From NCBI GenBank assembly GCA_964304625.1, contig OZ199838.1:13273843-13337842 (forward strand): a stretch of DNA of 64,000 nt, written 5' to 3'. Below, in pieces: positions 40,000 to 51,917 of this stretch (positions are counted from its first letter, which is position 1; every line of letters starts with the position of its first letter). The notes under the pieces are model-generated. The model did no database searches, was not told where the DNA came from, and saw only the letters and a program-made list of their open reading frames with translations. Origin of the DNA: Kudoa neothunni (taxonomy: Eukaryota > Animalia > Cnidaria). Made by a program: the position numbers and the translations under genes.

Positions 40000-40618
40000 T
40001 TCTTAGATTTGGAGTTATTCCCTCCCATAGCAGTAGACAACCCCCCACACGCGGATTATACGGATCCATAGCAATAGCCAATGCCTTCATATTTACTTTA
40101 AGGTTTTATACTGGTTTAGCTATTGCAGAGAGTATGTGAGGGGTAAATTTTGATCATGACAGGCATGTACGCTGACATAATGACAATTTTTAATCTCATC
40201 AACTCTTACTCACAAGCTGTCTGCAGATTTGTTTTTCTTTGATTTTGCTACATTAAACTAATTCTGACCTATTCCTTCACTTTAGAGGTCAGAAATAAAT
40301 AAAAAAAGTCAAAAACTAATGACATCTAAATATTATTTAGCATGCAAATAGCCACTTTAAGTATTATTATGATGAGGCTACATCACTAAAACATAAACGA
40401 GCCATTTAAGAAAGAGGACCGATTGTAGTTTTATCAACAGTAATTAAATATTAATTTCTAAAAACATTTTAAGCATTTCTGTTAACTTTTTATTGAGTTT
40501 AATAGCCCTGAATAATATAATTCCTCGGCAATTCTTAAGTAGGTCTCACAAACCCCTTTATGCAAAAATTTTCTCCTATCAAATTATCACTGAATTTACC
40601 CCCGGTTGAGAACCCCTG
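40000..40618. mobile_element. hAT MITE, same family as 25737-26374 (inverted; left end eroded)
   Basis: End ggttgagaacccctg|attTAgag. Internal 40077-40150 and 40440-40590 match the reverse complement of the SEC13-intron copy. Confidence 0.75.
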
Positions 40619-40750
40619 ATTTAGAGCATTGAATCAAACGTTTCCATCATTATGTGATGAAACATGTTAATAAATTTTCAACAAATATTATTTGAATCTT
40701 TAATTAAAAACAAGGCTGTTCGTGATAAACAGGTTCGCATAAAATAGCTA

Positions 40751-41076
40751 TTTTTTACAAGGTCAAACCCCTGGCACAACTTCTTAGGTTGTAGAGTTCA
40801 GACTGGTTAGGCCTGCTCCATTTACAATGTAGACACCGAAGCGTCATATTAAGGCGACTTACGTTTATGCGGTAATGTGGGATTTTAACTCACTAAACAT
40901 CCTGGATTCGGGGCAACCTCCATCTCAACCATACCCTGGACTAACCCAGAATTAGTCTGAGAAAATCGTCTGAATGTGGGTGTCGGCTCTATGGAAACCC
41001 CCTTACTGGGTTTAATTTCGATCCCGTACCCCGGCGTTTATGAGCGCCCGAGTTCTACCCTTCCGCCAGGCTCCCC
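40751..41076 (-). mobile_element. tRNA-Met-derived SINE-like element
   Basis: Minus-strand head GGGGAGCC-TGGCGGAAGGG (A-box like), GGCG-CTCATAAA-CGCC (CAT anticodon arm) and GGATCGAAA (B-box like). A GC-rich body follows, ending in gggtttgaccttgtaaaaaa. Confidence 0.6.
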
Positions 41077-41773
41077 TCCCAGCTGCAAGCAAAACCACGA
41101 TAAATCGTAGATCCTTGCGATTACTAGATCTTTCCTACTTAATTTCGGATTAGGAATACAGGAACGCCCGGAATAGACCTCGAATTCGCAACAATGCGGT
41201 ATACAAGTCACACCTAACACCACTATGTCATATTGTCCAAGCCCGTTACATAAAATAGCCAAATCACGTGGATTTGTCATCAATCTCACACAAGCAAGGT
41301 ATTGAATACCATAACTTACTATTACATATGTGCAACCGCTAATTAAATTGCCGTATTAATTTAACTATAACACGAAAATTTTTTATCAACAAAAAATCTC
41401 AATGTTTGGGTGCGTTATACACGAATAAATGCGATAAATATGGTTTTATCGGTGTGTGATCATTTTTACAATTAATATAGCTCACATCAACTTTGAACTG
41501 CTTTTATAATTATTTTTGAATAATTGATTTGTTGGCGCGCAAGTGCAAAATGGAAAGTGCTAGATAGACTACGTATTGTAGTGTGACATTATACGACGTT
41601 ACATTAAAATTAAACAGGTTTTTCAACTATTCAAATCCAACAGATAACTAAATATACTTCAAATACTTAGGATATATAACTGCTATTGATTAGAAACAAT
41701 AATTTCCTCGGCTACATTGACTCAACGAAGCATAAAATAAAGTCTCTATCCATACAAAAAAGTTAACAAAATG

Positions 41774-42871
41774 TCATTTAAATTTGATGTGGCTAGAACA
41801 TGAATTATCATCCCATTTGAAATGAAAAGTGCCGTTTGGGTAAAACTCTTCTTGTTCTAGTTGTTGTAGGGCGCATTTAGAGTTGGTCTCGTCATAATAT
41901 TTACGATCTAAAAGGAAATAAAAGTAGGCTGGTGCAACAACTACATAAATAACAAAAGCAAGTACTTATTGTTGAGTACAATTTGAAATGATGCTTGGGA
42001 TAGTTCACCAATGAATTCAAAAAGGAAAACACATCACGCATCGTTTCATTTAAAAGAAAGTCGGCTTGTACAGTGATTTTATCTGGAAATATAAATCTGA
42101 GGCTGGTTGTAAATGGCAAGGGAAGTTTCTTTGAAGGATTCACAGCCTCACGTTGTTTTGAAGTCATTAATGTTTTTGATAACTCATTTTTTCTTTGGAT
42201 TTCTTGATATTGGCTTCTCATATCATCCAAGCTCAATTCAAACACCGAATCATCCACTTCGCATCCTGAACGGGTGTGATTTGACGTTGGATTCTTTTTT
42301 CCAGGAGGAATAATGATTTGATTTCTCGAGTAAAGCTCCTTTATGAAATGACTGAAGTGTGGTTAGACTTTCAAGTTTTTTATGCAAATCTCCCAAGCTA
42401 CTGACCTGGAAAACAAGCACATCTTCGGTGTCATCTCGCACAAATCCCAAATACTCCAACAATTTGATCCCAAATTTGAGGGAAATCACTCTTTCTGATA
42501 AAGTTTTGTTTGTGCATCGCAATCGTTGATATTTCAATTCTTCGGGGTTGTTCAAAATATTATTAACAATTTTGTTTAATATCTCTATTGCAGTCAAATA
42601 CTGTTCATAAGAATTCAAGGTTTTTGACAAGTTTGACAAACGATAATCCATCATGTATGTTGTTTAGATGGCTTTTAGTATCAGCTTCATTGAAACACTC
42701 ATTCAAATGGGTGTCAAACGATATTGGAACCACCTTTCCAAGGCAAATCCAACATTTTAAATATATTTGGTCTAATTGAGTTGGCTTATTGACATCTGGT
42801 TGATCTGAGTTGGACGATTTTGGTTGTTCAATCTTATTTTTCTTGAAAATTTCATTAATAATATTTACCAT
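41774..42871 (-). CDS. UBXN6: UBX domain protein 6 (PUB + UBX p97 cofactor), with apparent +1 frameshifts
   Basis: PUB: ILNKIVNNILNNPEELKYQRLRCTNK..LLEYLGF. Linker: DDSVFELSLDD..LMTSKQRE. UBX: LRFIFPDKITVQADF..ET..DVFSFL. C-terminal FYPNGTFHFKWD. Split over three overlapping ORFs. Confidence 0.85.
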
Positions 42872-44563
42872 TGTACCGAATCGACAAGGAGAACAACCGC
42901 AGCAGAAAAGGTACTATCCGGATTCTACTCCGAAGTCTGACGAAAAAAAGGATAAATAATATGTGGAAAATTAAAATTTTCATTTAGTTTTAAGAAAATT
43001 TTAATTCTCTTTATCTTAATATTTTTATCAAGAGGGCATATTTCAATTTTACATACAGTAGCGCAGGGTTTTTACTTAGCATGGTTATTGCGCACTTTTA
43101 GAAATAGTGTCGAAAATTTAAAATATACGAATTAACTATAGATATAACTCGTGAGGTAAGAGTAAAATACGTCGATAAGTATAATTGTAGAATTAAGAAA
43201 TAATTTGTTCATTGGGAAAAATAGGAGTGCATGCTTATTTCGCACCTGAAATCTGTTGTTTGATTACATTGGCATGGTTAGTACACAGTAGGAAAATAGG
43301 AAAAATTATCGCTTACTTGAAGAAAACGTGTAGATTATTAAATAAATGGAAAAAGTAGGAATTAAGAGTGGCTCTAAAGCGAACATCGTTAGGCGCTCCG
43401 GCCTTAAATCAGTCACCACAGTGAATACAATTGTATCTATAAAATCGAGAACATTTGTTTACTTTATTTCAACTGATTTAAGATTTTATCGCAAAACTCT
43501 TATAAAAAAATTCAAACTACTCGATATAAGAATGAATAAATTGATTGAACTTTCGAGAATGAAAAATATAAAGCTGTCCAGAGAGCACAATATAATAGGA
43601 AAATAAATTAGCCAATGGCATAAAGGACGACATGAAAGACAACACTCCTATAAATGTCGGTCGAGGACAGTTCCATGAGTTTGCTTCGAGAGTTAATCTA
43701 AAAATGAACAAATTAAACAGAAAACCTAAAAGAAATACAGAAATTATTCAAGCTACATCACACCGAAATGCTGGAACACATTACAAAATTAAATTTTTCC
43801 TTTTGAAAAATAAAATAAACTTTGTTTAAAAACAAGAGAAATAACAAAGTTCTCGTTGAAAAAATAATTTTGTCTTAAACTACCTTATTTTCAAAATACT
43901 CTGTGAACAATACAAAAATTATTACGGAAATTTTTCACATCTCCCCATTTAAGTTATTATTAGAGCAGTTTTTTCCACCGGTGGACGCGGAAAAATTGTG
44001 GTGGAGCATAAAAAAATTTGTTCCTTTAATGGACGATTTGGTATACGTGGGGGTCCACAGCATATATGTGGCCTGGATAGTGATGAGATAATGATACTGT
44101 TTAGTTCATTTTGAAATCAATACCTCGATTATTTATATCGTTTATTATTAAGTGACTATGAATATCATAAAACAATTGAACTTTATCATTGACCCCTCTC
44201 GTGAGTTGGTCGTTGCCAATCCCTGTTTTACAGCTTAACAAATACGAGAAAGAACGGGCCTTCTTAAATAGTGAAATAATGACACAGGACGGAAAGTGCA
44301 CAATAACCTTTATTTATTGTGCAGATTTATGGGTTGATATGATCAATGTAGAATCAAATTTACTGGAAAAGTAAGCATACAAAACCGGGACAAAATTGCT
44401 CCTAACATAAATACTAAAAAACTAAAATATAATGAGCTATTTGACAAGAAAATGCATTAGTTTAGAGCGAGTTAAAAATAAACATTAATTTAAAGATTAT
44501 GAAAACCACATTGAATATGACAGCTAAAATATCAAGTCTACGAAGAAGGTGAAAACGATGGTA

Positions 44564-45698
44564 TTAATCAGCAAGACGTCTTCCGGAGCCCCATGAATGT
44601 CCTCGAGTATTGGAGGTGCCGGCTGTTTGCTGGTTTCTTGCATTGAAAGCATTAAAAGTTGCCTGAGTGGGTCTATTTTCAATAACGTTTGGAAAAACTT
44701 TTTTTCTTAAGAAATGGCGAACAAATGCAACAGAAATTCAAATAAAATCTTACATCCAATTCGGAGTGACTATAAATTCTCGTCCTCCAAATTCGACGGG
44801 ATATTTGTAGGTAAGGAAAAAATAAATATGACCGACAACTATACCAATAAGTGTGGTCAATCCTCTTGAATTAATAAGTTTAAATCAAATAAAAACGGTG
44901 TTCAATACCCGAAAAATAGTATGAACTCCATGGCAAAAATAAGATACGGTAAATACATAGCCTAAAATCAAGTCAAAGACGATAAGAACTTAAAAATGAG
45001 GATGTAATGTATTGCCTTTATCCGTAATCCAAACAGAAAAGTCACATCAGTGTCAGCATTTAGCTGGGCCCAAATGTACAGAATAGACATCACCAGAGAT
45101 TCCCATATGAACTATTCATCATATTAAAATTTGATAATTTGAAACACATATCAACCTCAATCGGCACTATAAACAACGATATCACCTAATAATATCAATT
45201 TTCAAAATTTATTTCTCAAATTCATCTTTACCCAAAGCAAAGAAGAGCAAATCAGAAGTAGATAGAAATAATCTCCTTCTCTTTCCGAATAATCCCCTAT
45301 ATATGGGAAAACAAATTATTGCAATTATCAGTCCTAATAATGTGTGTGGGTACCTTTTTGAAGTGAGCCAGATATAGTATATAAAAAATACATTGTGATA
45401 AGGAACGAATAACCGCCACCACCTCTTGGTGTCAAAGGAAAAGTGATAGCGCTCGTAAAAAATCTCCACACCTAATAATTCCAAAAAATCAATCAAATCT
45501 CTTAAGAACAGTAGCAACTTGAAAGTTTTGAACAGCATTCTCATAGGTTAAAGCGAAATAGTTGTAAAAATTGGGATTAAATCTCCCCGAAAGCGTGAAT
45601 ATTAATGAAAGTATAAACCAATATTTGGTTATCCTTGGCATGGAATGGACAAAATTTTCCATCACACTTGAACCATTGTTACCACCAGTTGCTGACAT
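44564..45698 (-). CDS. DERL1: Derlin-1 (ERAD rhomboid pseudoprotease)
   Basis: MPRITKYWF..FQ|VWRFFT, YIWAQLNADTDVTFLFGLRIK|AMYLPY, LIGIVVGHIYFFLTYKYP and a C-terminal SHP box GHSWGSGRRLAD*. Confidence 0.95.
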
Positions 45699-46414
45699 TT
45701 TGATTGTGCTTGCGCATTCATGAAAAGATTACAGTAATCATGCGATTTCCATTAACGTCGCAGCTTCTACAGACGAATGATACTAAAAAATAGATTAACA
45801 AAATAAAATTTAAGTATTGGAATGTATATGATAAACATATTATATTTAATGTGGCTCGATTAAACACTACCAAATACATTCTGTTATATGTTTCCAGCGG
45901 TAATCTATTTTACATTCTCCCAAAGGATAAAATTTTGAAATAATGATTTGTTTGATACTGGAACTAAAGTTGATTTAATATCGATATCACCTCTATTTAG
46001 GGATATAAATATTTAATTCGATATTGCGGCTATTAGTACGTGAATTTAGTCCTACCTCTTTCTTGCTGACTGTTACCATATGACAATATTTAATTGGTTG
46101 GAGCCCTTAATTAAATTTTTTTTAAATTTTCGCAAAAGCTTTTAGCTTTATAAACCTTAAACATTCCGTTGTTTTTAAATATATATTCTTATTATATGAT
46201 TTTCAGGCATGAAAGGGTTAATTTAAGTAGATAATATTTAGTTAGAGGTAGATAGGGTGCCGTATTTATTTGTAAAAAAGTGGAATACAATAGAATAGAT
46301 TAGGAAAATGTGGACTATATTAATGAATCGATACCATTTTGTGTCCATTTAATTTAAAAAATATTAGATTTAATAATAAATTGGCAATTAAAATTTAGTT
46401 CGAATTATTTAGAC

Positions 46415-46803
46415 CAGGGTTTATCAACCATTTTTTTAATTTACCCGCTCGACCTAGTGAAACATCCAAGTTTGCCCGCTTAAATTGGTAGTCAAATTCA
46501 GACCTAGTTCAAGGTTGTATACTTATTTAAGTATTATTAGGCTATATCTCCAAAAGATAAACGAGGCATAAAAGAAAGACTGATAATAGTGTTGTACATA
46601 ATTGTTAAATATTTATTCCTAAAAACATTTTAAGGATTTCAGCCAACATCCAAATTGAGTAAATTAGCCGGAATAATATAATTCCATAAAAAAATCCTTA
46701 AATACGTAACGAACCATATTTTGAAAAAATTGCCCATATCCGATTTTGAAGTCGCCTAATTTACCCCTGTTATTTAAAATTTATTCCTGATTTAGAACTC
46801 CTG
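46415..46803. mobile_element. hAT MITE, third copy of the 25737 family (shorter, inverted)
   Basis: cagggtttatcaacc ... tagaactcctg, TSD atttagac/attttgac (7/8). Internal ctcgacctagtgaaa matches the family. Confidence 0.8.
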
Positions 46804-48249
46804 ATTTTGACGAAAATCACTCGAATCCTTATATAATTAAATTCTCAACTTATATACGTGTAAATTATTATATAGATATTGTTATTATTAAGTATTGAAA
46901 GTTTTCAGTATTTGCTGTTGTTAGAAAAAGAGTGGTACAGTAAACTTCCAACTATCCGAAGTTACACATCTGCGAATTCCATATGGACTGAATTTTTTAA
47001 TTTATGAATTAAAAATAGGTAATAAATAAAATTATATGTGAAATCCTGCCGACGACCAAGTACAAGCAATTATGATCTAAAAACAACAGAACCTAAATAA
47101 AACGACATTTATGCACTTATTTTATTTTCAAATATCATGTACATTATTATTTTTAAATGAGTTTATTACCTTTGTGAGATTGTTAACTTCAATTAAAGTA
47201 TAATTTTGAAAAATGAAATTCCTAAAAAAATTATCTTACAAAAATTTAATAGAATATTTTTGTAAAAAGCATATTATATATTTAGGTTATTGGAAAATAT
47301 AATAGAAAAAAATTTATAAACTAATAATAATACTTATGCAGCGTATTTTACGATGTTTAAAATAACCGAAATCGTCTACAAAATGTTACACTATATAAAT
47401 GTAAGAAATTAGTCTCTTACACATTCTACATTTAATAAACTAATTAAATTATATAATATATCCAATTCATTTAATTTCATAATTCAAATATTTGTAGATG
47501 GAATAATAACTCTTCGGATATTTTATATTTTTTTACAACTCACTTTCTTTTGGATGAGTTTAAATTGTGGTATAGATGAATTATGCGCAATAATAATTAT
47601 TAGATAGTGGGAAAATTTCAATAAATAGTAAATTTTAAAAACAATTTCTAGTTTAAACAATGATGGTTAAATTGGATGCGCGAGTGTCACAATGAAGTGG
47701 ATTTTTGTTGATTGCCTTTAAAACAAGCGATAATCTCTTTGCATTATGATTTGATTCAATAGTTTAATGTTATTTGTTATCTTTCCGAATATTTTTCAAT
47801 TTTATTGTTAAATAATACAAGAGGTAAAATAATTTGATGTACAGTATTTCAACATCAACTTGTAACCGACTCACGCAGTAGAGTAAAATGTCTGGCACCC
47901 TGCTTAAGTGAGGTTAAAAATTTCAATTATTTTGATGATCATTTATCAAAAAATATTATTCTTTGATATAAAGAAGAATCACATTTGATTTAGAATCCCC
48001 GTTAAAATTTCCGTTTTTAGTGATCAATAATTAATACGTTGGTGTGTCTACCGCCATTTATATTACTGCATTAGATAGATTAAGCCGACAAAGTATACTA
48101 TTTAAAGCTTAGCGACCGCTCATCGTTAAGTCTGCCGTGAATGATTTCCCGAGAAGGTCTTTTGATAATATTTTTATCCACAAGAATAACTCCATCCATT
48201 ACCTCATCGCCATTGATATATTTAAAGCATCAAATAACTGTATTAAGTG

Positions 48250-49209
48250 TCATGGTACCCATCATTTTATATATCGAAAAAATTGGCGATGCTGTTCGAA
48301 ATTGTGTAGAAAAGACACTTCCATTTTTGATTCGACGTTTTTCAGTAATATGAAAACTAAACTACATGATTTTTTGGAATTACCATATTAATGGTTGGTG
48401 GGAGTAAAAACCGTTAACCTGGGCACAATTACCGGACATTCGTCTCAAATAGTAACTAACTATTGTTATTATCTTCACCAGTTGGTAGCGGATAGTTTAG
48501 ACTTTGAAGACATAGTTATTGGAGGAGAGAACATAGTTGTAGAGATCGATAAGTCCAAACTTGGCGAGGCGGAGCCTAACAGATGGCACGGCGTTAATGG
48601 TGTTGATATCTCGCGAGGATAGAAACCCAATATAGTAAATAAAAATGTAACTTAAGTAGAAGAGATAGTGAACGTATTAGTAGAATAGTAGTTAGAATAA
48701 CGAGAACTAATTAATGTTTATGGGAATCAGCACACCCAGCTGATTGGGTGTGATAATATAGGTCCATACTAATAGTGTCCTTTAGGATCATAACAAATGA
48801 GGCCTGGGTTCTTTGAGGTGTAGAAAGAACACCAAAACGAAAGATGTTTTTGGTAAGGGTTCCTAACAGAACCACTAAGACTCTTACCAAAAAAAGCAAG
48901 ACTTACGTCCATCCTGGCTCTATTATTATAACTTATTGTTTCACAAGTTATGAGGCATTACACAATTTCTACACTCACCTCATTGTGAATCACAGTATAG
49001 AATATGTGGATAATACCACAGGAGCTCATACAAATACCATTGAAAATACTTGGGGTGCTATCAAATATAAAATATCACCAAGAAATAGGACATCTTCGGT
49101 TAATGAAGATGGTTCTGTCAATATGGATGGTATCAACGAATTTCTCGGTGAATTTAAATGGAGAAGGAAAAAAATCACGATTTATGTGATGGCTTTATAT
49201 CCTCGTTAA
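48250..49209 (+). mobile_element. Merlin / IS1595 (ISXO2-like) transposase relic
   Basis: IGGENIVVEIDKSK, WVL*GVER, VPNRTTKTL..VHPGSIIIT, HLIVNHS.EYVD..TGAHTNTIENTW and FLGEFKWRR. Interrupted at 48601-48795. Confidence 0.9.
48601..48795. mobile_element. Solo LTR (195 bp) inserted in the Merlin transposase
   Basis: Ends TGTT...AACA with 5-bp flanks aatgg/aatga. Excision restores the frame HGVNG-AWVL. Confidence 0.75.
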
Positions 49210-50639
49210 AACAAATTTCAGTTTTCTATCACTTAGATTTGTATTTTGTTATGTTTTTTATAGTTGTATATATCTGTCGCATTAATACTTTGTTAAATGA
49301 GGATTGAGGGTTTATATCAAAGTTCAGCCTTTGAATTACTTATTATTCAAAATGTATATTTTCGGATTGAAACGAACGTTTAAAAGTTTAATTAAAACTC
49401 ACATTGATAAAATTTTGATTTTATCAATGTAAAAAAAATTATATTCACCACTTGATGATATAATTTAAAATCATTCTATACAAATGAGTTTTTTCAACAT
49501 TAATACTAATAATAGAAACAATGGAATTGTTACATCCCAAAATATCTGATTATAGTAGAAGAAAACATGTGATTCTAAATCATATGTCGGCGCGAAATGA
49601 ATACCTAAGGGAATAACACAAGCCTCAATAATATTATTGCTGAAAATACTTTCTTCAACATTGGAGTTTCAATTAACAGTTTTGAAGAACATAAATTGAA
49701 AATGGAGGAGTTCGAATTAAATGGCCTGAGCAGTTTATCCATATTAGATTCTAAAACCATTGAAACTGCAAAGAAGCGATGTGATAGAATATTAAATCTA
49801 GCTCTTCAATATTACCAAAGAAAATATTGTTGTATTAATGGTTGAAAAAATGTTAATTTTTCAAAAACTTAATATATGTATGAATATTTATAGTAATATT
49901 GTCTATTACTTAAGAGAAAGCGATCTTCTGGCCAAAGAAATTCAAATTCTTATTTTAAAGGATGCCCTATGTTTTATAAATTTTTAATAGATACTGATCA
50001 GCTTTACAAACCTAAATCGAACAAATCAGAATTTTTTGTAAAAAAACCTAATATTTAATTATATGTATCAATATCACGATAATTTATAATTAACTCAGAA
50101 ATTTCAAAGTTATGCTATCATTTGATCGATATGTTGAAAAATTTCCTCAATCGAAAAAAGATCATCTAATGTAAAGCATAGTATTCTATTTCATCAGATT
50201 TTTTCGACATTTCCAGAAAAATAAAATTCTCTTTCCGTAAAAATGTTAATCAAAGTTAGATAAAGTAAAGATATGCTATATTTTCTGATGGAATTAAAAA
50301 TATTTTGCCGACAAACAATGCTCAAAAAGGCGATTATTGATAATTTAATTAATCAAACTGTGTTTTTGAGCCAGTTCAATTCCTTTAATTTCAAACAATT
50401 TTATTGCAGTTTTTAGTTTGATCTTTGAATAAAACGTAGCAAGTATACCCAGATGAGGTTTTATTTTTATGTACGACCATTCTTTCATTAATTAAAAAAA
50501 AACCAACTAAAGTTGAAGTTGATTTTATTTTTTAACTTTTAGAAGTTAACGGAAATTCAAAGGTTATCCAAGTTAAGTCGTTTCAAGAAAAAGGAAAGTT
50601 TATTTCTCTAACAAATTTAACCAGCATGAAATATTAAAT

Positions 50640-51110
50640 GTAATTCCACTCAAAGGATGTAGAATTTTTACAAACTCTAAAAAAGAAACAAGGGACATGT
50701 ATAGAAATATTGGAAAACGGAGAAAACTTTCAGTTTATTTTTTAAAGATTCGAGCATGAAAAAATCCTTCACGCATATCTAGAAATTATTTTTATCGATG
50801 TTACCTACAAGCTACTAGATTCAAAGCTCCTGTATATTTTGTTACAATTATAGACCCTAAGGGAACAACTGAGAAAGTGGCGACCGAAATACTTGTAGAA
50901 GAAATCGAAAAAGTTTTCTATTGCCTTATTAAAACAATAAAAAAACAAAACTTAATAATGGAAACTAACATAAAATTCTTTCTTACAGATAAAGACATAG
51001 TTGAACGAAAAGTCATAAAACAAATTTTTCCAACCGCAGATTTGCAAATATGTTTGTATCACGTTCTAAAATATCTCAGTCTTGTTTTAATGTTTCAAAT
51101 TAAACGAAAC
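50640..51110 (+). pseudogene. MULE transposase relic
   Basis: IIFIDVTYKL and FFLTDKD..E..VIKQIFPTADLQICLYHV (MULE D..D and CxxH motifs), frameshifted. Confidence 0.75.
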
Positions 51111-51917
51111 ATTAGCCACGGGAACAATTCTTTGATGCATAATATAAAAATTTCAAGTCCAGCATTTTTTAAATTAAATTACAAATAAGTAGATATATAT
51201 CCAGAATTGGAAAAAAATATTTTAATTATGGATTAAAGTTAAATAATGGATGATCATATAATACCATATTTATTGAAAACGTAATATTTCATCCAATATC
51301 GTCAAAGTTACACTTTAACCTTACACGCATATCAAAAACGACTATACACCAAGCAGTTTTGGGGTCCAAGAGGACCCCAGATTTTTTATTGTTTATTTTG
51401 ATACATAATATTGTGAAATACAATTATATTACTTAAAAAAGTTTTTTACCAGCACGATAACAAAATAATCATAATTTTCATGCGACCCGACGACAGTCGA
51501 AGTTAGCCGACCATTTATTAATTTATTTCAAGTATTTAAACATTAATAAAATTATTTTTAAATATACTCTATGATTTTTTACAATGTTATCTAGATACTT
51601 AAAGAATAGTAGAACTTAGAAAAATTGTGATAATATCTTAAAATACATATGTTCTCTTGTAGCAACAAGATTCTGATTTTACCAATTCTTATAATTTTTA
51701 ATGAGATTTTTTTAAAATAATAGAAAGTAAAATATTACATAGTTGTTGTTAATAAAAAAATTAGGAAAATAGATCGTTACGAGCTCACCTATGAGCCAAT
51801 CATTCATTACAAAATATATATATTAATAATTAATTATTTGATAATTAATATGATCCTCAATTAAGCGAAAAATAAATCAAAACTAATAAGGAAGTGTATA
51901 ATATAGAACAGAATATA

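Noticed and set aside
41005-41076. Functional tRNA-Met gene
   Set aside because: Acceptor and T stems do not pair and the anticodon loop is 8 nt; treated as a SINE head.
43903-44374. Possible TnpB/Fanzor RuvC motif (HIYAVDPHV on the minus strand)
   Set aside because: Surrounded by stops with no other RuvC or zinc-finger motifs; it overlaps a degenerate hAT end at 43966.
45209-45544. Stand-alone 111-aa hydrophobic ORF
   Set aside because: Off-frame read-through of Derlin-1 exons and introns.
46151-47620. Tiny piggyBac-like ends (46151-46222) and a Tigger-like start at ~46937
   Set aside because: Partner TIRs are too degenerate to delimit elements.
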